The notes beneath the pieces were generated by a model. That model did no database searches and was not told the origin of the DNA. It saw nothing but the letters and a program-made list of their open reading frames with translations. Below are positions 9,664 through 20,262 of a stretch of 64,000 bases of DNA, one piece after another; position 1 is the first letter of the stretch; each line of letters begins with the position of its first letter. Position numbers and translations under genes: made by a program. The stretch covers positions 7,152 through 71,151 of the forward strand of contig JAEUTF010000183.1 in assembly GCA_016788185.1 (NCBI GenBank), in the 5' to 3' direction. The stretch is from Bacteroidia bacterium (GTDB lineage Bacteria > Bacteroidota > Bacteroidia > AKYH767-A > OLB10).

Positions 9664-9912
9664 TCAGATCGGGGTCACCGCCTTGATGAATTTCACATTG
9701 ATCTTTTCCATCAGCGATTTGCAGAATTCATAGTTGCGCTGTGATACCGCCCTGCGGAAAATATTCAGGTTTTGCAAGGAAATAAAGTAATAGTCGCTCT
9801 TGTAAAAAGTACAGTCAATCTGCTTATCGATGATGCCGTATTTGATTGCACCGTTGATCAGTTCAAATTTGGCCGTAACGTTCAGGTGGAGTTCGATTTC
9901 GTTGCCTTTCAT
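9664..9912 (-). CDS. Hypothetical small protein (82 aa), I/K/N/F/Y-rich, in an AT-richer islet
   Basis: Complete ORF with ATG at 9912-9910. Its codon composition is atypical for this GC-rich window. No recognisable motifs. Confidence 0.3.
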   Translation of the reverse strand: MKGNEIELHLNVTAKFELINGAIKYGIIDKQIDCTFYKSDYYFISLQNLNIFRRAVSQRNYEFCKSLMEKINVKFIKAVTPI

Positions 9913-10068
9913 AATGGGAGGTTTGAATGCTTGTACGGCAAGTTACGGTACTTGGTTCGCTAAAGCGGACATAATTCATCCGGATCTTACACCGTGCCGC
10001 CATGGCAGGGCTTTCCTGTGCCAGCGGGAATGTACAGGGGCATTCAATTCCGATAAGGAGTCCGGGCC

Positions 10069-10572
10069 TTATCCGGCCTTCTGTCTTTCGCGTAAAAAGC
10101 GGATCAGGTCAGTCGAGCCCACGGCGCTGAAGCCTGCGGTGCGGAGCATGGTAATGAGCTGACCGCGGTGATAGGTGCTGTGGTTCATGACGTGCATGAG
10201 GATCTCTTCCACCGAATTGAAAAAAGAGGTTCCGTCCATCGATTTAAATTCTACGGATTTCATCGGCCCGTTTTTAGGAAGATTTTCAATAAATCTTACA
10301 AAGTCGTCCGAACTCTCCTGAATGGCCTGAACGGCTTCTTCCAGGCTGCCCTTGAAATGATGGCTGGGCCAGGTGTTGGGCGATTCGCCCTGCAGTCGTT
10401 TGTACCAGATCTCCTGGGCATCCCAAAGGTGATAGAGCGTTTTTCGGATGGTTGGAAAACTGCTCAGCAAGGCTTCGTCGGCTATCCCGGGTCCGGCATC
10501 AATGATGTACTGTCCGATGCGCCGGTTGGCCCAGGCGTTGTATTGGCAGAGTTTCAGCAAATGTGATTTCAT
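10069..10572 (-). CDS. DinB/YfiT-like (DinB_2) family protein
   Basis: About 167 aa from the ATG at 10572 (MKSHLLKLCQYNAWANRR...). The histidine-rich four-helix pattern is typical of DinB-fold proteins. Confidence 0.65.
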   Translation of the reverse strand: MKSHLLKLCQYNAWANRRIGQYIIDAGPGIADEALLSSFPTIRKTLYHLWDAQEIWYKRLQGESPNTWPSHHFKGSLEEAVQAIQESSDDFVRFIENLPKNGPMKSVEFKSMDGTSFFNSVEEILMHVMNHSTYHRGQLITMLRTAGFSAVGSTDLIRFLRERQKAG

Positions 10573-10690
10573 GGTTGGCTTGATTTTGTTAAAGTTCGAA
10601 TCCGGAAACACCGTTCAGGGCAGGCAATGAATGGAAAAAAAAAGGAGGAGTGAACGGCACCATTAAAACGGGTGCGAATAAAAACCTTCT

Positions 10691-11443
10691 TTACAGTTCC
10701 CGGTTGATCAGGGGCATCTCGAGAATTTTTTTCAGGTATTTTTCCTGCACCACTTTTTGCAGCGCCGCGGCATGCCGGGTATGGTGCATGTCGGTTCCCA
10801 GCGCCCCGATGATGCCCGTGTCGATCAGTTTTTCGGCAATCTTTTTGGCGTCGGGTCCGTAATAACCGGCCAGTGAATTGAGGTTGAGTTGCAGCGTAAC
10901 GCCCATCTCGTAAAAGCGACGGTATTGGTCCATGTCACGGTACCAATAGGGATATCGTTCGGGATGGGCCAGAACGGGTTTGTAACCCAATACCATGGCT
11001 CTGAAAAAAACCTCGTGCACATTGTCGGGAGGATTGATGTAGGATACTTCCATCAGCAGGTATTTGTCGCCAAAAGTGAGCAATGGCTCCTCTTCCAGTT
11101 TGCGGATGAATCCGTCGTCGATGTAATATTCTGCTGCTGCTTCGATCTCAACCGGAATCTGGTTGTCCTGAAGGGCTTGCCGGACCGTTTGCAGGCCCTC
11201 GTGGATGATTTCAGGGGTGTTCCGGAAATAATCACTCATCACATGGGGCGTGGTGATCAGCTTTTTGTATCCCATGCCATGCAGGAATCGCACGAGTTCA
11301 AGACTGTCTTCAATGGTTTTGGCGCCATCGTCGATGCCCGGAATCAGGTGTGAATGCATGTCGGCATGAAGGGTGGAAAGGTCAAAGCCTTCTTCTTCTT
11401 TTACCGGTGAGGATGAAAATTTTTTAAATATAGACTTAAACAT
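10691..11443 (-). CDS. PHP-family protein-tyrosine phosphatase, CpsB/CapC/YwqE type (capsular/exopolysaccharide regulation)
   Basis: 250 aa. The DMHSHLIPGIDDG HxH metal site is present. ATG at 11443-11441. Confidence 0.75.
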   Translation of the reverse strand: MFKSIFKKFSSSPVKEEEGFDLSTLHADMHSHLIPGIDDGAKTIEDSLELVRFLHGMGYKKLITTPHVMSDYFRNTPEIIHEGLQTVRQALQDNQIPVEIEAAAEYYIDDGFIRKLEEEPLLTFGDKYLLMEVSYINPPDNVHEVFFRAMVLGYKPVLAHPERYPYWYRDMDQYRRFYEMGVTLQLNLNSLAGYYGPDAKKIAEKLIDTGIIGALGTDMHHTRHAAALQKVVQEKYLKKILEMPLINREL

Positions 11444-12446
11444 GCGCGAACGCTTTTCGGAACCACGCTACCGTTATCTCCAGGCCTTCCTGCAGCCGGT
11501 ATTGCGGGTCATATCCCAGCAAATTCTTTGCCATGGAGATGTCGGCCAGGGAGTTTTTAATATCCCCTTTACGTTCCGCCGCATATTCCGGTTGCCTGCT
11601 GTTGCCTGAAATGGCCGCGATGGATTGGTAAAGGGTATTTACGGAAACGCTTTCGCCTACCGCTACATTGTAAACCTTGTTGTAAGCGGCTGAATGGGTG
11701 GTGAATAGGGCGCGAATGTTGGCCTGCACGGCATTTTCCACGAAAGTAAAATCGCGGGTCTGTTCCCCGTCGCCGTAGATTACGGCGTCTTTTCCAAACA
11801 GTAAAGCATTCATAAACAGGGGAATGGCGGCTGCATAAGGCCCGTTAGGGTCCTGGTTCGGACCGAAAACATTGAAATACCTTAATCCTATTATTTCCAT
11901 CCCGTAATGCAGGGCAAAAACGGAAGCGTACAATTCGTTGGTCAGCTTGCTGACGGCATAGGGCGACAAGGGCCTTCCAAGGTTCTCTTCTTTTTTGGGA
12001 GAAGCCGTGCTGTCTCCGTAAACGGAACTGGAACTGGCATAGACCACTCTTTTAACTCCGGCGTCGCGCGCGGCCAGCATCATGTTCAGAAAACCGGTGG
12101 TGTTGGCATCGCTGGTGGCGATCGGGTTTTTAATCGACCGGGGTACGGAGCCCAATGCCGCCTGGTGCGTAAGCAGGTTCATTCCTTCACAGGCCCGGGC
12201 ACAGGTGCCGGCATCCGTGATGTCGCCTTCGATGAATTCAAACTGCGGAAGCTTCAGGAAGGGTTCGAGGTTATGCCTGAATCCGTTGCTCAGGTTGTCG
12301 AGTACCCTCACTTTTGCAGCCCCGTGATGGATCAGGTATTCAACAATATTCGACCCGATGAAGCCCGCTCCCCCGCTGATCAGGATCCGGGCATCTTTGA
12401 TGGAATCGTTATGGTAAACCCTGTTGTATAAATCGTTGGATGGCAT
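11436..12446 (-). CDS. NAD-dependent nucleotide-sugar epimerase, WbpP/TviC/CapD-like (UDP-GlcNAc(A) 4-epimerase family)
   Basis: 336 aa with GGAGFIGS Rossmann motif and YxxxK. It overlaps the downstream cpsB by 8 nt. Confidence 0.7.
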   Translation of the reverse strand: MPSNDLYNRVYHNDSIKDARILISGGAGFIGSNIVEYLIHHGAAKVRVLDNLSNGFRHNLEPFLKLPQFEFIEGDITDAGTCARACEGMNLLTHQAALGSVPRSIKNPIATSDANTTGFLNMMLAARDAGVKRVVYASSSSVYGDSTASPKKEENLGRPLSPYAVSKLTNELYASVFALHYGMEIIGLRYFNVFGPNQDPNGPYAAAIPLFMNALLFGKDAVIYGDGEQTRDFTFVENAVQANIRALFTTHSAAYNKVYNVAVGESVSVNTLYQSIAAISGNSRQPEYAAERKGDIKNSLADISMAKNLLGYDPQYRLQEGLEITVAWFRKAFAHV

Positions 12447-12543
12447 AAATAGGTGAACAAAAGTAAGGGAAAAGAGGGATTATTTCTTGGTTTTAGATGA
12501 AGCCGGGTCCACGCTGCAGTGGCCGGGGTGTCGGCCTCTGACT

Positions 12544-13602
12544 TCAGCGTTGTTCGTATTGTTGCTGGTAATAATACTGGTATTCTCCGGAAGTGACGCC
12601 ATCGACCCAATCCTGGTGACCGAGGTACCAGTCAACGGTTTTTTCCAGTCCTTCTTCAAATTGCAGGGAGGGTTGCCAACCCAGCTCCTTTTGCAATTTG
12701 CCGGAGTCAATGGCATAGCGCAGATCGTGTCCGGCCCTGTCTTTCACAAACGTGATGAGGGCGGCAGAGGTACCATCCGGACGACCCAGTTTCCGGTCCA
12801 TGATTTTACAAAGGAGGCGGATGAGGTCAATGTTTTTCCATTCGTTGTGTCCGCCAATGTTATAGGTTTCTCCGTTTTTCCCCTTGTGGTAAAGCAGGTC
12901 AATGGCGCGGGCATGATCTTCCACAAAAAGCCAGTCGCGGATATTTTCCCCGTTGCCATACACCGGTACCGGCTTGTTGGTGCGGATATTGTTGATGGCC
13001 AGAGGAATTAGTTTTTCGGGAAAATGATACGAGCCGTAATTGTTGGAGCAGTTTGAAATGAGGGTGGGCAGGCCGTAGGTATCGTGGTAAGCACGTACCA
13101 GGTGATCGGAACTGGCTTTGGAGGCTGAATAGGGGGAATGCGGGTCGTAGCGGCTTTCTTCGGTAAAATAACCTTCTGTTCCGAGTGAGCCGTACACTTC
13201 ATCGGTACTGATGTGATAAAAGCGCTTTCCTGAAAAGTCAGCTTTCCAGGCGTGGCGTGCTTCGTTCAGCAAATGGACGGTACCCAGCACATTGGTCATG
13301 ATAAATTCCATGGGATTCGATATGCTGCGGTCCACGTGCGATTCGGCAGCCAGATGGATGATGCCATCAAAAGGAAATTCCGAAAACAGATTTTTCAGAA
13401 ATCCGCTGTCGCAGATATCCCCTTTTACAAAACGGTAATTGGGAGCGTGCTCAATGTCTATCAGGTTGGCCAGGTTCCCGGCGTAGGTGAGCTTATCAAG
13501 ATTGACAATGGTGTAGCCGGGGTACTTGTTCACAAAGAGGCGGACAACATGCGAGCCGATGAATCCTGCGCCTCCGGTGATGAGAATAGTTCTGGTACTC
13601 AT
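12544..13602 (-). CDS. rfbB: dTDP-glucose 4,6-dehydratase
   Basis: 352 aa with TGGAGFIGSH and the YSASKASSDH catalytic motif. ATG at 13602. Confidence 0.85.
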   Translation of the reverse strand: MSTRTILITGGAGFIGSHVVRLFVNKYPGYTIVNLDKLTYAGNLANLIDIEHAPNYRFVKGDICDSGFLKNLFSEFPFDGIIHLAAESHVDRSISNPMEFIMTNVLGTVHLLNEARHAWKADFSGKRFYHISTDEVYGSLGTEGYFTEESRYDPHSPYSASKASSDHLVRAYHDTYGLPTLISNCSNNYGSYHFPEKLIPLAINNIRTNKPVPVYGNGENIRDWLFVEDHARAIDLLYHKGKNGETYNIGGHNEWKNIDLIRLLCKIMDRKLGRPDGTSAALITFVKDRAGHDLRYAIDSGKLQKELGWQPSLQFEEGLEKTVDWYLGHQDWVDGVTSGEYQYYYQQQYEQR

Positions 13603-13695
13603 TTTTCTCTGTTTTCTGAACCTTGCGGGATTCCTTGCCTCCTCCGCGGACGTGCTGTCATTTCATTCCGGATAGAGAACAATAAAATCCAACCA

Positions 13696-14739
13696 TTATT
13701 TTGAACCAACCATGGTTTTTTTCTGAAGCTCCTGTTCCCAGGCCCAGGCGCTGCGGATCATGTCCTCCAGGCTGTGTTCCGCTTTCCATCCCAGTTCGCT
13801 GTTCGCGTAGGAGGTGTCGGCGTAAACTTTTTCCACATCCCCGGCGCGTCGGTCAACGCAGCTGTAATTGATTTTAATGCCCGTGCTCTTCTCAAAGGCA
13901 TGAATCACCTCCAGCACCGAAAGCCCGGTGCCGGTGCCGAGGTTAAACAATTCATACTTGTTTTTACATTTCCCCTCCAGCATCCTGCGGATGGCCACTA
14001 CATGCGCGCGAGCCACATCCACCACATGGATGTAGTCGCGGATGCAGCTGCCGTCGGGGGTGTTGTAGTCCTGGCCAAAAACTTTCATCCCGGGCCTCTT
14101 GCCGATCGCCGTTTGCATGACAATAGGAAACAGGTTCAGCGGTGTGCCCAGCGGATATTCTCCGATCTGGTGGCTGGCATGCGCACCCACCGGGTTAAAA
14201 TAACGCAAGGAAACGATGTTCATGTTGAGCACGGCCGAAGCGTCGCGGAGTATGTCCTCGCCGATCTTTTTGGTATTGGCATAAGGACTTTGTGCCGGCT
14301 TTACCGGGGCTGCCTCATCAATGGGCAGGTAGTCGGGTTCACCGTACACCGAACAGGAGGAAGAAAAAACAAAATTCCGGATACCCTGATCCCTGCAGAG
14401 TTCAACAAGGTTGATCAGTGCTACCAGGTTGTTGCGGTAATACTCAAGGGGCTTTTCCACACTTTCGCCCACTGCTTTGAACGCGGCAAAATGAATGATG
14501 GCTTCGACGGGGTGTATGCGTAAAAATTCCTGAACCGCGCTTTTGTTGTTGAGATCAATGTTGGCAAAACCAGGCCGTACACCGGTGATCTTTTCAATGG
14601 AATCAATGACCTCCGCATGCGAATTGCTGAGGTTGTCAAGGATGACCACGTCGTAGCCTTTTTCAATCAGCTCCACCGCGGTATGTGAACCGATATAACC
14701 CGTGCCGCCGGTTACCAGTATGCTTCTTTTTTTAGTCAT
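13696..14739 (-). CDS. galE: UDP-glucose 4-epimerase
   Basis: 347 aa with GGTGYIGSH and YANTKK motifs. Confidence 0.8.
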   Translation of the reverse strand: MTKKRSILVTGGTGYIGSHTAVELIEKGYDVVILDNLSNSHAEVIDSIEKITGVRPGFANIDLNNKSAVQEFLRIHPVEAIIHFAAFKAVGESVEKPLEYYRNNLVALINLVELCRDQGIRNFVFSSSCSVYGEPDYLPIDEAAPVKPAQSPYANTKKIGEDILRDASAVLNMNIVSLRYFNPVGAHASHQIGEYPLGTPLNLFPIVMQTAIGKRPGMKVFGQDYNTPDGSCIRDYIHVVDVARAHVVAIRRMLEGKCKNKYELFNLGTGTGLSVLEVIHAFEKSTGIKINYSCVDRRAGDVEKVYADTSYANSELGWKAEHSLEDMIRSAWAWEQELQKKTMVGSK

Positions 14740-14783
14740 GGCTGCTTTTTGCTTTTGTATGCAGCGTAGGAAGGGGATTTAAA

Positions 14784-16073
14784 TTAAAGACTCCAGTATT
14801 TGAGTTGTTTGATTTTTCCGCGCAGGATTCCCTTCAGGTCAACGATCAGCGCTTCCGGCTGAGTCATTTTCATGAAGTCGGCTTCCGTAAGTCCCATGTA
14901 TTCCTTGTGGTTGACGGCGACTACAATGGCGTCGTAATCATGCCCCGGATCCGGGGTGAGTTCAAAACCGTATTCATGTTTCAGCTCATCGCTGTTGGCA
15001 CGGGGATCGATCACATCCACATTCACGCCATAGGATCTGAATTCATGGATCACGTCGGTCACTTTAGAGTTGCGGATATCTTCCACATCTTCCTTAAAGG
15101 TGGCGCCCATCACCAGCACCTTGCACTTGCTGAGATCTTTGCCCATCGCGATGAGTTTCTTCACCGTTTGCTTGGCTACATAGAAACCCATCGAATCATT
15201 CACGTAACGGCCCGAATTGATGACCTGAGAGTGGTAACCGAGTTCCTGCGCTTTGTAGGTGAGGTAGTAGGGGTCCACGCCAATGCAGTGTCCGCCCACC
15301 AGCCCAGGCATGAAGCGCAGAAAATTCCATTTGGTACCGGAGGCTTCCAGTACTTCATAGGTGTTGATACCCATCTTGTTGAAAATGATGGACAGTTCAT
15401 TCATGAGTGCTATGTTCACATCGCGCTGGGTGTTTTCAATGATCTTGGCGGCTTCGGCCACTTTGATGGAGGAGGCGCGAAAGACGCCGGCTTTGACCAC
15501 GATTTCATACACACGTGCAATCACATCCAGCGATTCGGCATCGCAGCCCGATGCCACCTTGGTGATTTTAGTCAGCGTATGCTCTTTGTCGCCCGGATTG
15601 ATCCGCTCCGGAGAGTAACCTACCTTGAAATCTTCCCTGAACCGGAGTCCTGAAATTTCTTCGAGTACAGGAATGCAGTCTTCTTCGGTGCAGCCGGGAT
15701 AAACGGTGGATTCGTACACCACATAGTCGCCTTTTTTCAGCGCCTGTCCGATGGAGCGGGTGGCTCCCAGCAAGGGCTTCAGGTCGGGTAATTTGTGATC
15801 GTCGATAGGAGTGGGAACGGCGACAATGAAAAAATTAGCCTGGCGCAACACCTCGATGGAGTCGGTGAATTCAATGTCACAACCTTCAAAGGCGCTGCTA
15901 TCGAGTTCGCCGCTGGGATCCGTGTTGTTCTGCATCATACGGATGCGGTCTTTGTTGATGTCGAAGCCAATCACGGATACCTTTTTGGCAAACTCCAGGG
16001 CAATGGGAAGGCCTACGTACCCAAGACCTATCACTGCTATTTTCTTTTTCTTACTGACGATGTCGTTATACAT
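14784..16073 (-). CDS. UDP-N-acetyl-D-glucosamine (or mannosamine) 6-dehydrogenase, WbpA/TviB/Cap5O family
   Basis: IAVIGLGYVGLP motif. The start was re-set to the ATG at 16073-16071, 2 nt after the wbpB-like stop, because the track start at 16127 is a TTG that overlaps the upstream gene by 62 nt. Confidence 0.8.
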   Translation of the reverse strand: MYNDIVSKKKKIAVIGLGYVGLPIALEFAKKVSVIGFDINKDRIRMMQNNTDPSGELDSSAFEGCDIEFTDSIEVLRQANFFIVAVPTPIDDHKLPDLKPLLGATRSIGQALKKGDYVVYESTVYPGCTEEDCIPVLEEISGLRFREDFKVGYSPERINPGDKEHTLTKITKVASGCDAESLDVIARVYEIVVKAGVFRASSIKVAEAAKIIENTQRDVNIALMNELSIIFNKMGINTYEVLEASGTKWNFLRFMPGLVGGHCIGVDPYYLTYKAQELGYHSQVINSGRYVNDSMGFYVAKQTVKKLIAMGKDLSKCKVLVMGATFKEDVEDIRNSKVTDVIHEFRSYGVNVDVIDPRANSDELKHEYGFELTPDPGHDYDAIVVAVNHKEYMGLTEADFMKMTQPEALIVDLKGILRGKIKQLKYWSL

Positions 16074-17127
16074 TTCCGTATCGGATTTCCGGTTTATTAA
16101 GTTTACGTAGTGCGTAAATGCGTTCAATGATGTCCACCACCTTGAGGCCTTCCAACGCGTTCGTGGTCATGATGGTTCTGCCTTTCAGCGTGTCGATCAC
16201 GTTCTCAATGATGTAATGATGGTTGGCGGCCGACCCTTTGTAGGTGCCGTAATCGTTGGCGGGATTGACCGGTGGAAGTTCAGGCATGGAATACCCGTCG
16301 ATGTGGCAGTATACCACTTCGTTCATGTATTGTCCTCCGATCTTCAGACTGCCCTTGCTTCCGATCACCGTGATGCTGCTTTCGAGGTTGGTGTCAAATA
16401 CCGAAGTGGTGTAATTCACCGAACCCATGCCGCCATTGATGAAGCGGAAATTGACCATACCGGTATCTTCAAAGGCGGTGCTTTGATGGTGATTGAAGTC
16501 GGCGAATACACCGTGGATATCGGTGATGTCACCGAATACCCAGTACATGATGTCGATGAAGTGCGAAAACTGTGTAAAGAGCGTGCCTCCGTCGAGGTCG
16601 GAGGTTCCTTTCCAGGAACCTTTTTTATAATAGCGGTCGTCGCGGTTCCAGAAGCAGTTCAGCTGCACGAGGTAAATATCGCCCAGACGTTTATTGTCAA
16701 CCACCTCTTTCAGCCATACCGAAGGTGGCGAATAACGGTTCTGCATCACCCCAAAAACTGTACGTGATACCTGCAGGGCTTTATAGATGATGCGTTCACA
16801 ATCGGCTTTGGAGATGGCCATGGGCTTTTCACAGACCACATGCTTGTGATGCTCGAGTGCTTTCAGCGAATGTTCGGCATGCAGTCCGTTGGGAGTGCAT
16901 ACATTGACCACGTCGATACCGGGTACGGCGCGCAGCATTTCTTCCGGGCTGTTAAAAAACGGAATGTCTTCCATGCCTTTCAGGTTGATTTCCTCCGCCG
17001 GTCGAACATCGCAAAGCGCAAGCAATTCCGATTCTTCGTTTCGGCGTATCATTTCCGCATGGCGGAGTCCGATGTGTCCGCAGCCTATTACGGCGAACCT
17101 TATTTTTCTGTCCTGGTAATTGTTCAT
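16066..17127 (-). CDS. Gfo/Idh/MocA family oxidoreductase, WbpB-like (UDP-GlcNAcA 3-dehydrogenase)
   Basis: 353 aa with IRFAVIGCGHIGLRHAE N-terminal Rossmann motif. The start ATG overlaps the wbpD-like stop (TAATG). Confidence 0.7.
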   Translation of the reverse strand: MNNYQDRKIRFAVIGCGHIGLRHAEMIRRNEESELLALCDVRPAEEINLKGMEDIPFFNSPEEMLRAVPGIDVVNVCTPNGLHAEHSLKALEHHKHVVCEKPMAISKADCERIIYKALQVSRTVFGVMQNRYSPPSVWLKEVVDNKRLGDIYLVQLNCFWNRDDRYYKKGSWKGTSDLDGGTLFTQFSHFIDIMYWVFGDITDIHGVFADFNHHQSTAFEDTGMVNFRFINGGMGSVNYTTSVFDTNLESSITVIGSKGSLKIGGQYMNEVVYCHIDGYSMPELPPVNPANDYGTYKGSAANHHYIIENVIDTLKGRTIMTTNALEGLKVVDIIERIYALRKLNKPEIRYGNV

Positions 17128-17699
17128 TAGGCGATTCGGCTGACTGTATGGCCACTCAATCGGTATTGCTGTCCGCTTTCGGGGCAGGTGGCCAACCCGT
17201 CCGCATCAAATTTAAGTTTGTGTCCGTACTCGCTCATCCAGCCGTTTTGACGTGCCGGGTTGCCGATCACAAGGGCGTAGTCGGGAACGTTCCTGGTTAC
17301 CACCGCACCGGCCCCGATGAATGCAAAGGCTCCGATGTCGTGCCCGCACACGATGGTGGCATTGGCACCGATGGAAGCGCCGCGCTTCACCACGGTCCGC
17401 TCGTACTGATTCCGCCGGTTCACGGCACTCCTGGGGTTGGTGACATTGGTGAAAACCATACTCGGCCCCAGAAAGACATCGTCTTCGCAGATAACGCCGG
17501 TGTAGATGGAAACATTATTCTGCACTTTAACATTATTGCCCAGCACCACCCCGGGTGAGATGACGACGTTTTGTCCGATGTTGCAGTTTTCGCCGATGCG
17601 GCAGTCGGGCATGATGTGGCTGAAATGCCAGATCCTGGTTCCTTTTCCTATAGTACATCCATCGTCAATGACTGCGGTGGGGTGGGCGCTGTATTCCAT
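17127..17699 (-). CDS. Hexapeptide-repeat N-acetyltransferase, WbpD-like (UDP-2-acetamido-3-amino-2,3-dideoxy-glucuronate N-acetyltransferase)
   Basis: 190 aa of left-handed beta-helix repeats (GxxVxIG...). It is coupled to the wbpB-like gene. Confidence 0.7.
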   Translation of the reverse strand: MEYSAHPTAVIDDGCTIGKGTRIWHFSHIMPDCRIGENCNIGQNVVISPGVVLGNNVKVQNNVSIYTGVICEDDVFLGPSMVFTNVTNPRSAVNRRNQYERTVVKRGASIGANATIVCGHDIGAFAFIGAGAVVTRNVPDYALVIGNPARQNGWMSEYGHKLKFDADGLATCPESGQQYRLSGHTVSRIA

Positions 17700-17825
17700 T
17701 TCTTTTCTTGTACCTGCATGCCTGAGCAGGTGTTTGATCTTTTTTCCAGGGCAGGCAATTTATTCCGCCTGATCAGGGTCCGGGTGTGTTTTTCCCCCAA
17801 GCCTCCTTTTCTCTCTGAAACATCA

Positions 17826-17854
17826 AACACTGCACCGGGGTTCGGGGCAGTGTT
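17826..17854 (-). terminator. Candidate intrinsic terminator downstream of the UXS gene, separating it from the wbpD-like gene
   Basis: An 8-bp stem (AACACTGC/GCAGTGTT) with a 13-nt loop lies 22 nt after the stop at 17876. On the minus strand a moderately T-rich tract (ttgatgtttc) follows. Confidence 0.3.
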
Positions 17855-17875
17855 GTGTGCGATCACTTCCTGGCT

Positions 17876-18850
17876 TCAGGTGAAGCGGTGAGCGGTTTTT
17901 CGTAGTTCTTCAGGAGGTAATTCCCTGAAATAGTCGTAGGTGTATTTTAATCCTTCTGCACGGCTCACTTTGGGTTCCCAGCCGAGCAATTGCCGGGCCT
18001 TGCTGATGTCGGGACGTCTTTGCTTCGGATCGTCCTGCGGCAGGGGTTTGGTAATCAGTTTCTGGGTGGTCCCGGTAAGTTTGATGATTTCCTCGCCGAA
18101 TTCACGGATGGTGATTTCTTCGGGGTTGCCGATGTTGACCGGGTAGGGGTAATCGCTGAGGAGGAGGCGGTAAATGCCTTCGATCAGGTCACTGACATAA
18201 CAGAAGGAGCGCGTTTGTGATCCGTCTCCGAAAACGGTGAGGTCTTCGCCGCGAAGGGCCTGTCCGATGAAGGCCGGCAATACGCGTCCGTCGTTCAGGC
18301 GCATTCTCGGGCCATAGGTATTGAAGATCCTGACAATTCTGGTTTCCAGCTGGTGATACGTGTGATAAGCCATGGTGATGGCCTCCTGGAATCGTTTGGC
18401 TTCGTCGTAAACCCCGCGCGGTCCGATCGGGTTTACATTTCCCCAGTAATCTTCGGTTTGCGGATGTACCGTAGGATCTCCGTAAACCTCGCTGGTGGAG
18501 GCCACCAGGATTCGGGCATTCTTCACTTTAGCAAAGCCCAGCAGGTTGTGTGTGCCGAGTGAACCCACTTTCAGTGTCTGTATCGGAATTTTCAGGTAAT
18601 CAATCGGACTGGCCGGTGAGGCAAAGTGGAGGATGTAATCGATGCGTCCGGGAACATGAACGAATTTGCTTACATCGTGATGGTAAAACTCGAATTCACG
18701 GAGTTTAAAAAGATGTTCGATGTTGCGGAGATCTCCCGTAATGAGATTGTCCATTCCGACTACCTCATAGCCCTCATGGATGAACCTGTCGCAAAGATGA
18801 GAGCCCAGAAATCCGGCCGCTCCGGTGATCAATACACGTTTATCAGACAT
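17876..18850 (-). CDS. UDP-glucuronate decarboxylase (UDP-xylose synthase)
   Basis: [11 protein letters not shown] and YDEAKR motifs. The start was set to the internal ATG at 18850 ([10 protein letters not shown]), because the longer track ORF adds an unconserved 36-aa extension. Confidence 0.8.
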   Translation of the reverse strand: MSDKRVLITGAAGFLGSHLCDRFIHEGYEVVGMDNLITGDLRNIEHLFKLREFEFYHHDVSKFVHVPGRIDYILHFASPASPIDYLKIPIQTLKVGSLGTHNLLGFAKVKNARILVASTSEVYGDPTVHPQTEDYWGNVNPIGPRGVYDEAKRFQEAITMAYHTYHQLETRIVRIFNTYGPRMRLNDGRVLPAFIGQALRGEDLTVFGDGSQTRSFCYVSDLIEGIYRLLLSDYPYPVNIGNPEEITIREFGEEIIKLTGTTQKLITKPLPQDDPKQRRPDISKARQLLGWEPKVSRAEGLKYTYDYFRELPPEELRKTAHRFT

Positions 18851-18869
18851 AGATGAAAATTTTTTAAAA

Positions 18870-20201
18870 TCAGGAGAAGGCGGGGATCTGCGGGGAAACC
18901 GTTTCCCTGCCCACGCTGTTGTAATAGAAGCCCATTTCTGACATGCGCTGCAGGTCATACAGGTTGCGGCCGTCGAAAATCACTTTTTCCTTCAACGCGG
19001 ATTTCATGCGTTCGAAGTCGGGCGTGCGGAACAGGGCCCACTCGGTGGCGATCAGCAGCGCGTCGGCATCCTGCAATGCTTCGTAAGGATCCTGGGCATA
19101 GGTGATCACATCGCCGATACTGCGTTTCACATTTTCCATCGCTTCCGGATCAAAGGCGCTGATGCCCGCTCCGGCGGCGAGAAGGTCGCGGATGATGTAG
19201 AGAGCCGGAGCTTCGCGAATATCATCGGTGTCGGGTTTGAAGGCAAGGCCCCAGATCGCAAATTTTTTCCCCGAAAGGTTGCCGCCGAAATACTGTTTGA
19301 GTTTCTCCACGATCACCGTTTTCTGGGTTTCATTCACCTGCATCACCGAATGAAGGATTTTGAAATCGTACTTGAAATCCTGCGATGTTTTGTACAGTGC
19401 CTGAACGTCTTTCGGAAAGCAACTTCCGCCATAACCGATGCCGGCAAAGAGGAATCGTTTTCCGATGCGTGAGTCAGAGCCGATCCCGATCCGGATGGCG
19501 TCCACATTGGCACCCACCCGCTCACAGAGATTGGCAATTTCATTCATAAAAGTGATTTTGGTGGCAAGAAAGGCGTTGGCGGCATATTTGGTGAGCTCCG
19601 CGGAGCGTTCATCCATGAAATAGATCGGGTTGCCCTGGCGTACAAAAGGCGCATAAAGATCACTCATGATCTTTTTCGCTTTTTCACTGCGGGTACCGAT
19701 CACCACACGGTCGGGCTTCATGAAATCATCCACGGCAAAGCCTTCGCGGAGGAATTCCGGGTTGGAAATGACATCGAAGTGTACCGTGCAGGTCTTGGCG
19801 ATGGCTTCGCGTACCTTTTCGGCGGTACCTACCGGTACCGTGCTTTTGTTGATGACGATTTTATAGTCGCGGATCAGGCGTCCGAGTTGTGCGGCTACAC
19901 CCAGCACATAGCTGAGGTCGGCGGAGCCGTCTTCTCCCGGAGGAGTGGGCAGCGCCAGGAAAATAATCGTGGCGTCTTTAACGGCTTCTTCCAGGTTGGT
20001 GGTGAAAGTGAGTCGTCCCTGCTTGATATTTCTTTCGAAAAGCACATCCAGGTGCGGTTCGTAAATGGGGATGATGCTGTTGCGCATCTTTTCCACTTTG
20101 GCAGCATCAATGTCAACGCACGTAACGTGGTTGCCCATTTCTGCAAAACAGGTTCCGGTTACGAGTCCTACGTAACCTGTACCTACAACGGCAATGTTCA
20201 T
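18870..20201 (-). CDS. ugd: UDP-glucose 6-dehydrogenase
   Basis: 443 aa. The N-terminus [13 protein letters not shown] is typical of the UDP-glucose/GDP-mannose dehydrogenase family. Confidence 0.85.
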   Translation of the reverse strand: MNIAVVGTGYVGLVTGTCFAEMGNHVTCVDIDAAKVEKMRNSIIPIYEPHLDVLFERNIKQGRLTFTTNLEEAVKDATIIFLALPTPPGEDGSADLSYVLGVAAQLGRLIRDYKIVINKSTVPVGTAEKVREAIAKTCTVHFDVISNPEFLREGFAVDDFMKPDRVVIGTRSEKAKKIMSDLYAPFVRQGNPIYFMDERSAELTKYAANAFLATKITFMNEIANLCERVGANVDAIRIGIGSDSRIGKRFLFAGIGYGGSCFPKDVQALYKTSQDFKYDFKILHSVMQVNETQKTVIVEKLKQYFGGNLSGKKFAIWGLAFKPDTDDIREAPALYIIRDLLAAGAGISAFDPEAMENVKRSIGDVITYAQDPYEALQDADALLIATEWALFRTPDFERMKSALKEKVIFDGRNLYDLQRMSEMGFYYNSVGRETVSPQIPAFS

Positions 20202-20262
20202 CTTTTCCTGGTTTTAAACAATTTGGTGATGGGCCTTTATACTTTCCAAGCGTGTTTAGGTT

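Noticed and set aside
10573-10640. GTTCGAATCC (tRNA T-loop-like) motif and an AAAGGAGG Shine-Dalgarno-like stretch near 10590-10640
   Set aside because: No acceptor stem or D-arm or anticodon-arm complement could be built around it. It lies at the DinB-like 5' end/leader. The 70-aa ORF at 10650-10862 that follows is antisense to cpsB.
16074-16127. Track-suggested alternative start codons (TTG/GTG reported as M) for the wbpA-like gene (16127), waaA (22425), purH (31933), the histone-like gene (42876) and recG (57788)
   Set aside because: Each is a TTG or GTG in the sequence. Nearby in-frame ATGs give tidy gene junctions (for example, a 2-nt gap to the wbpB-like stop), so the ATGs were preferred.
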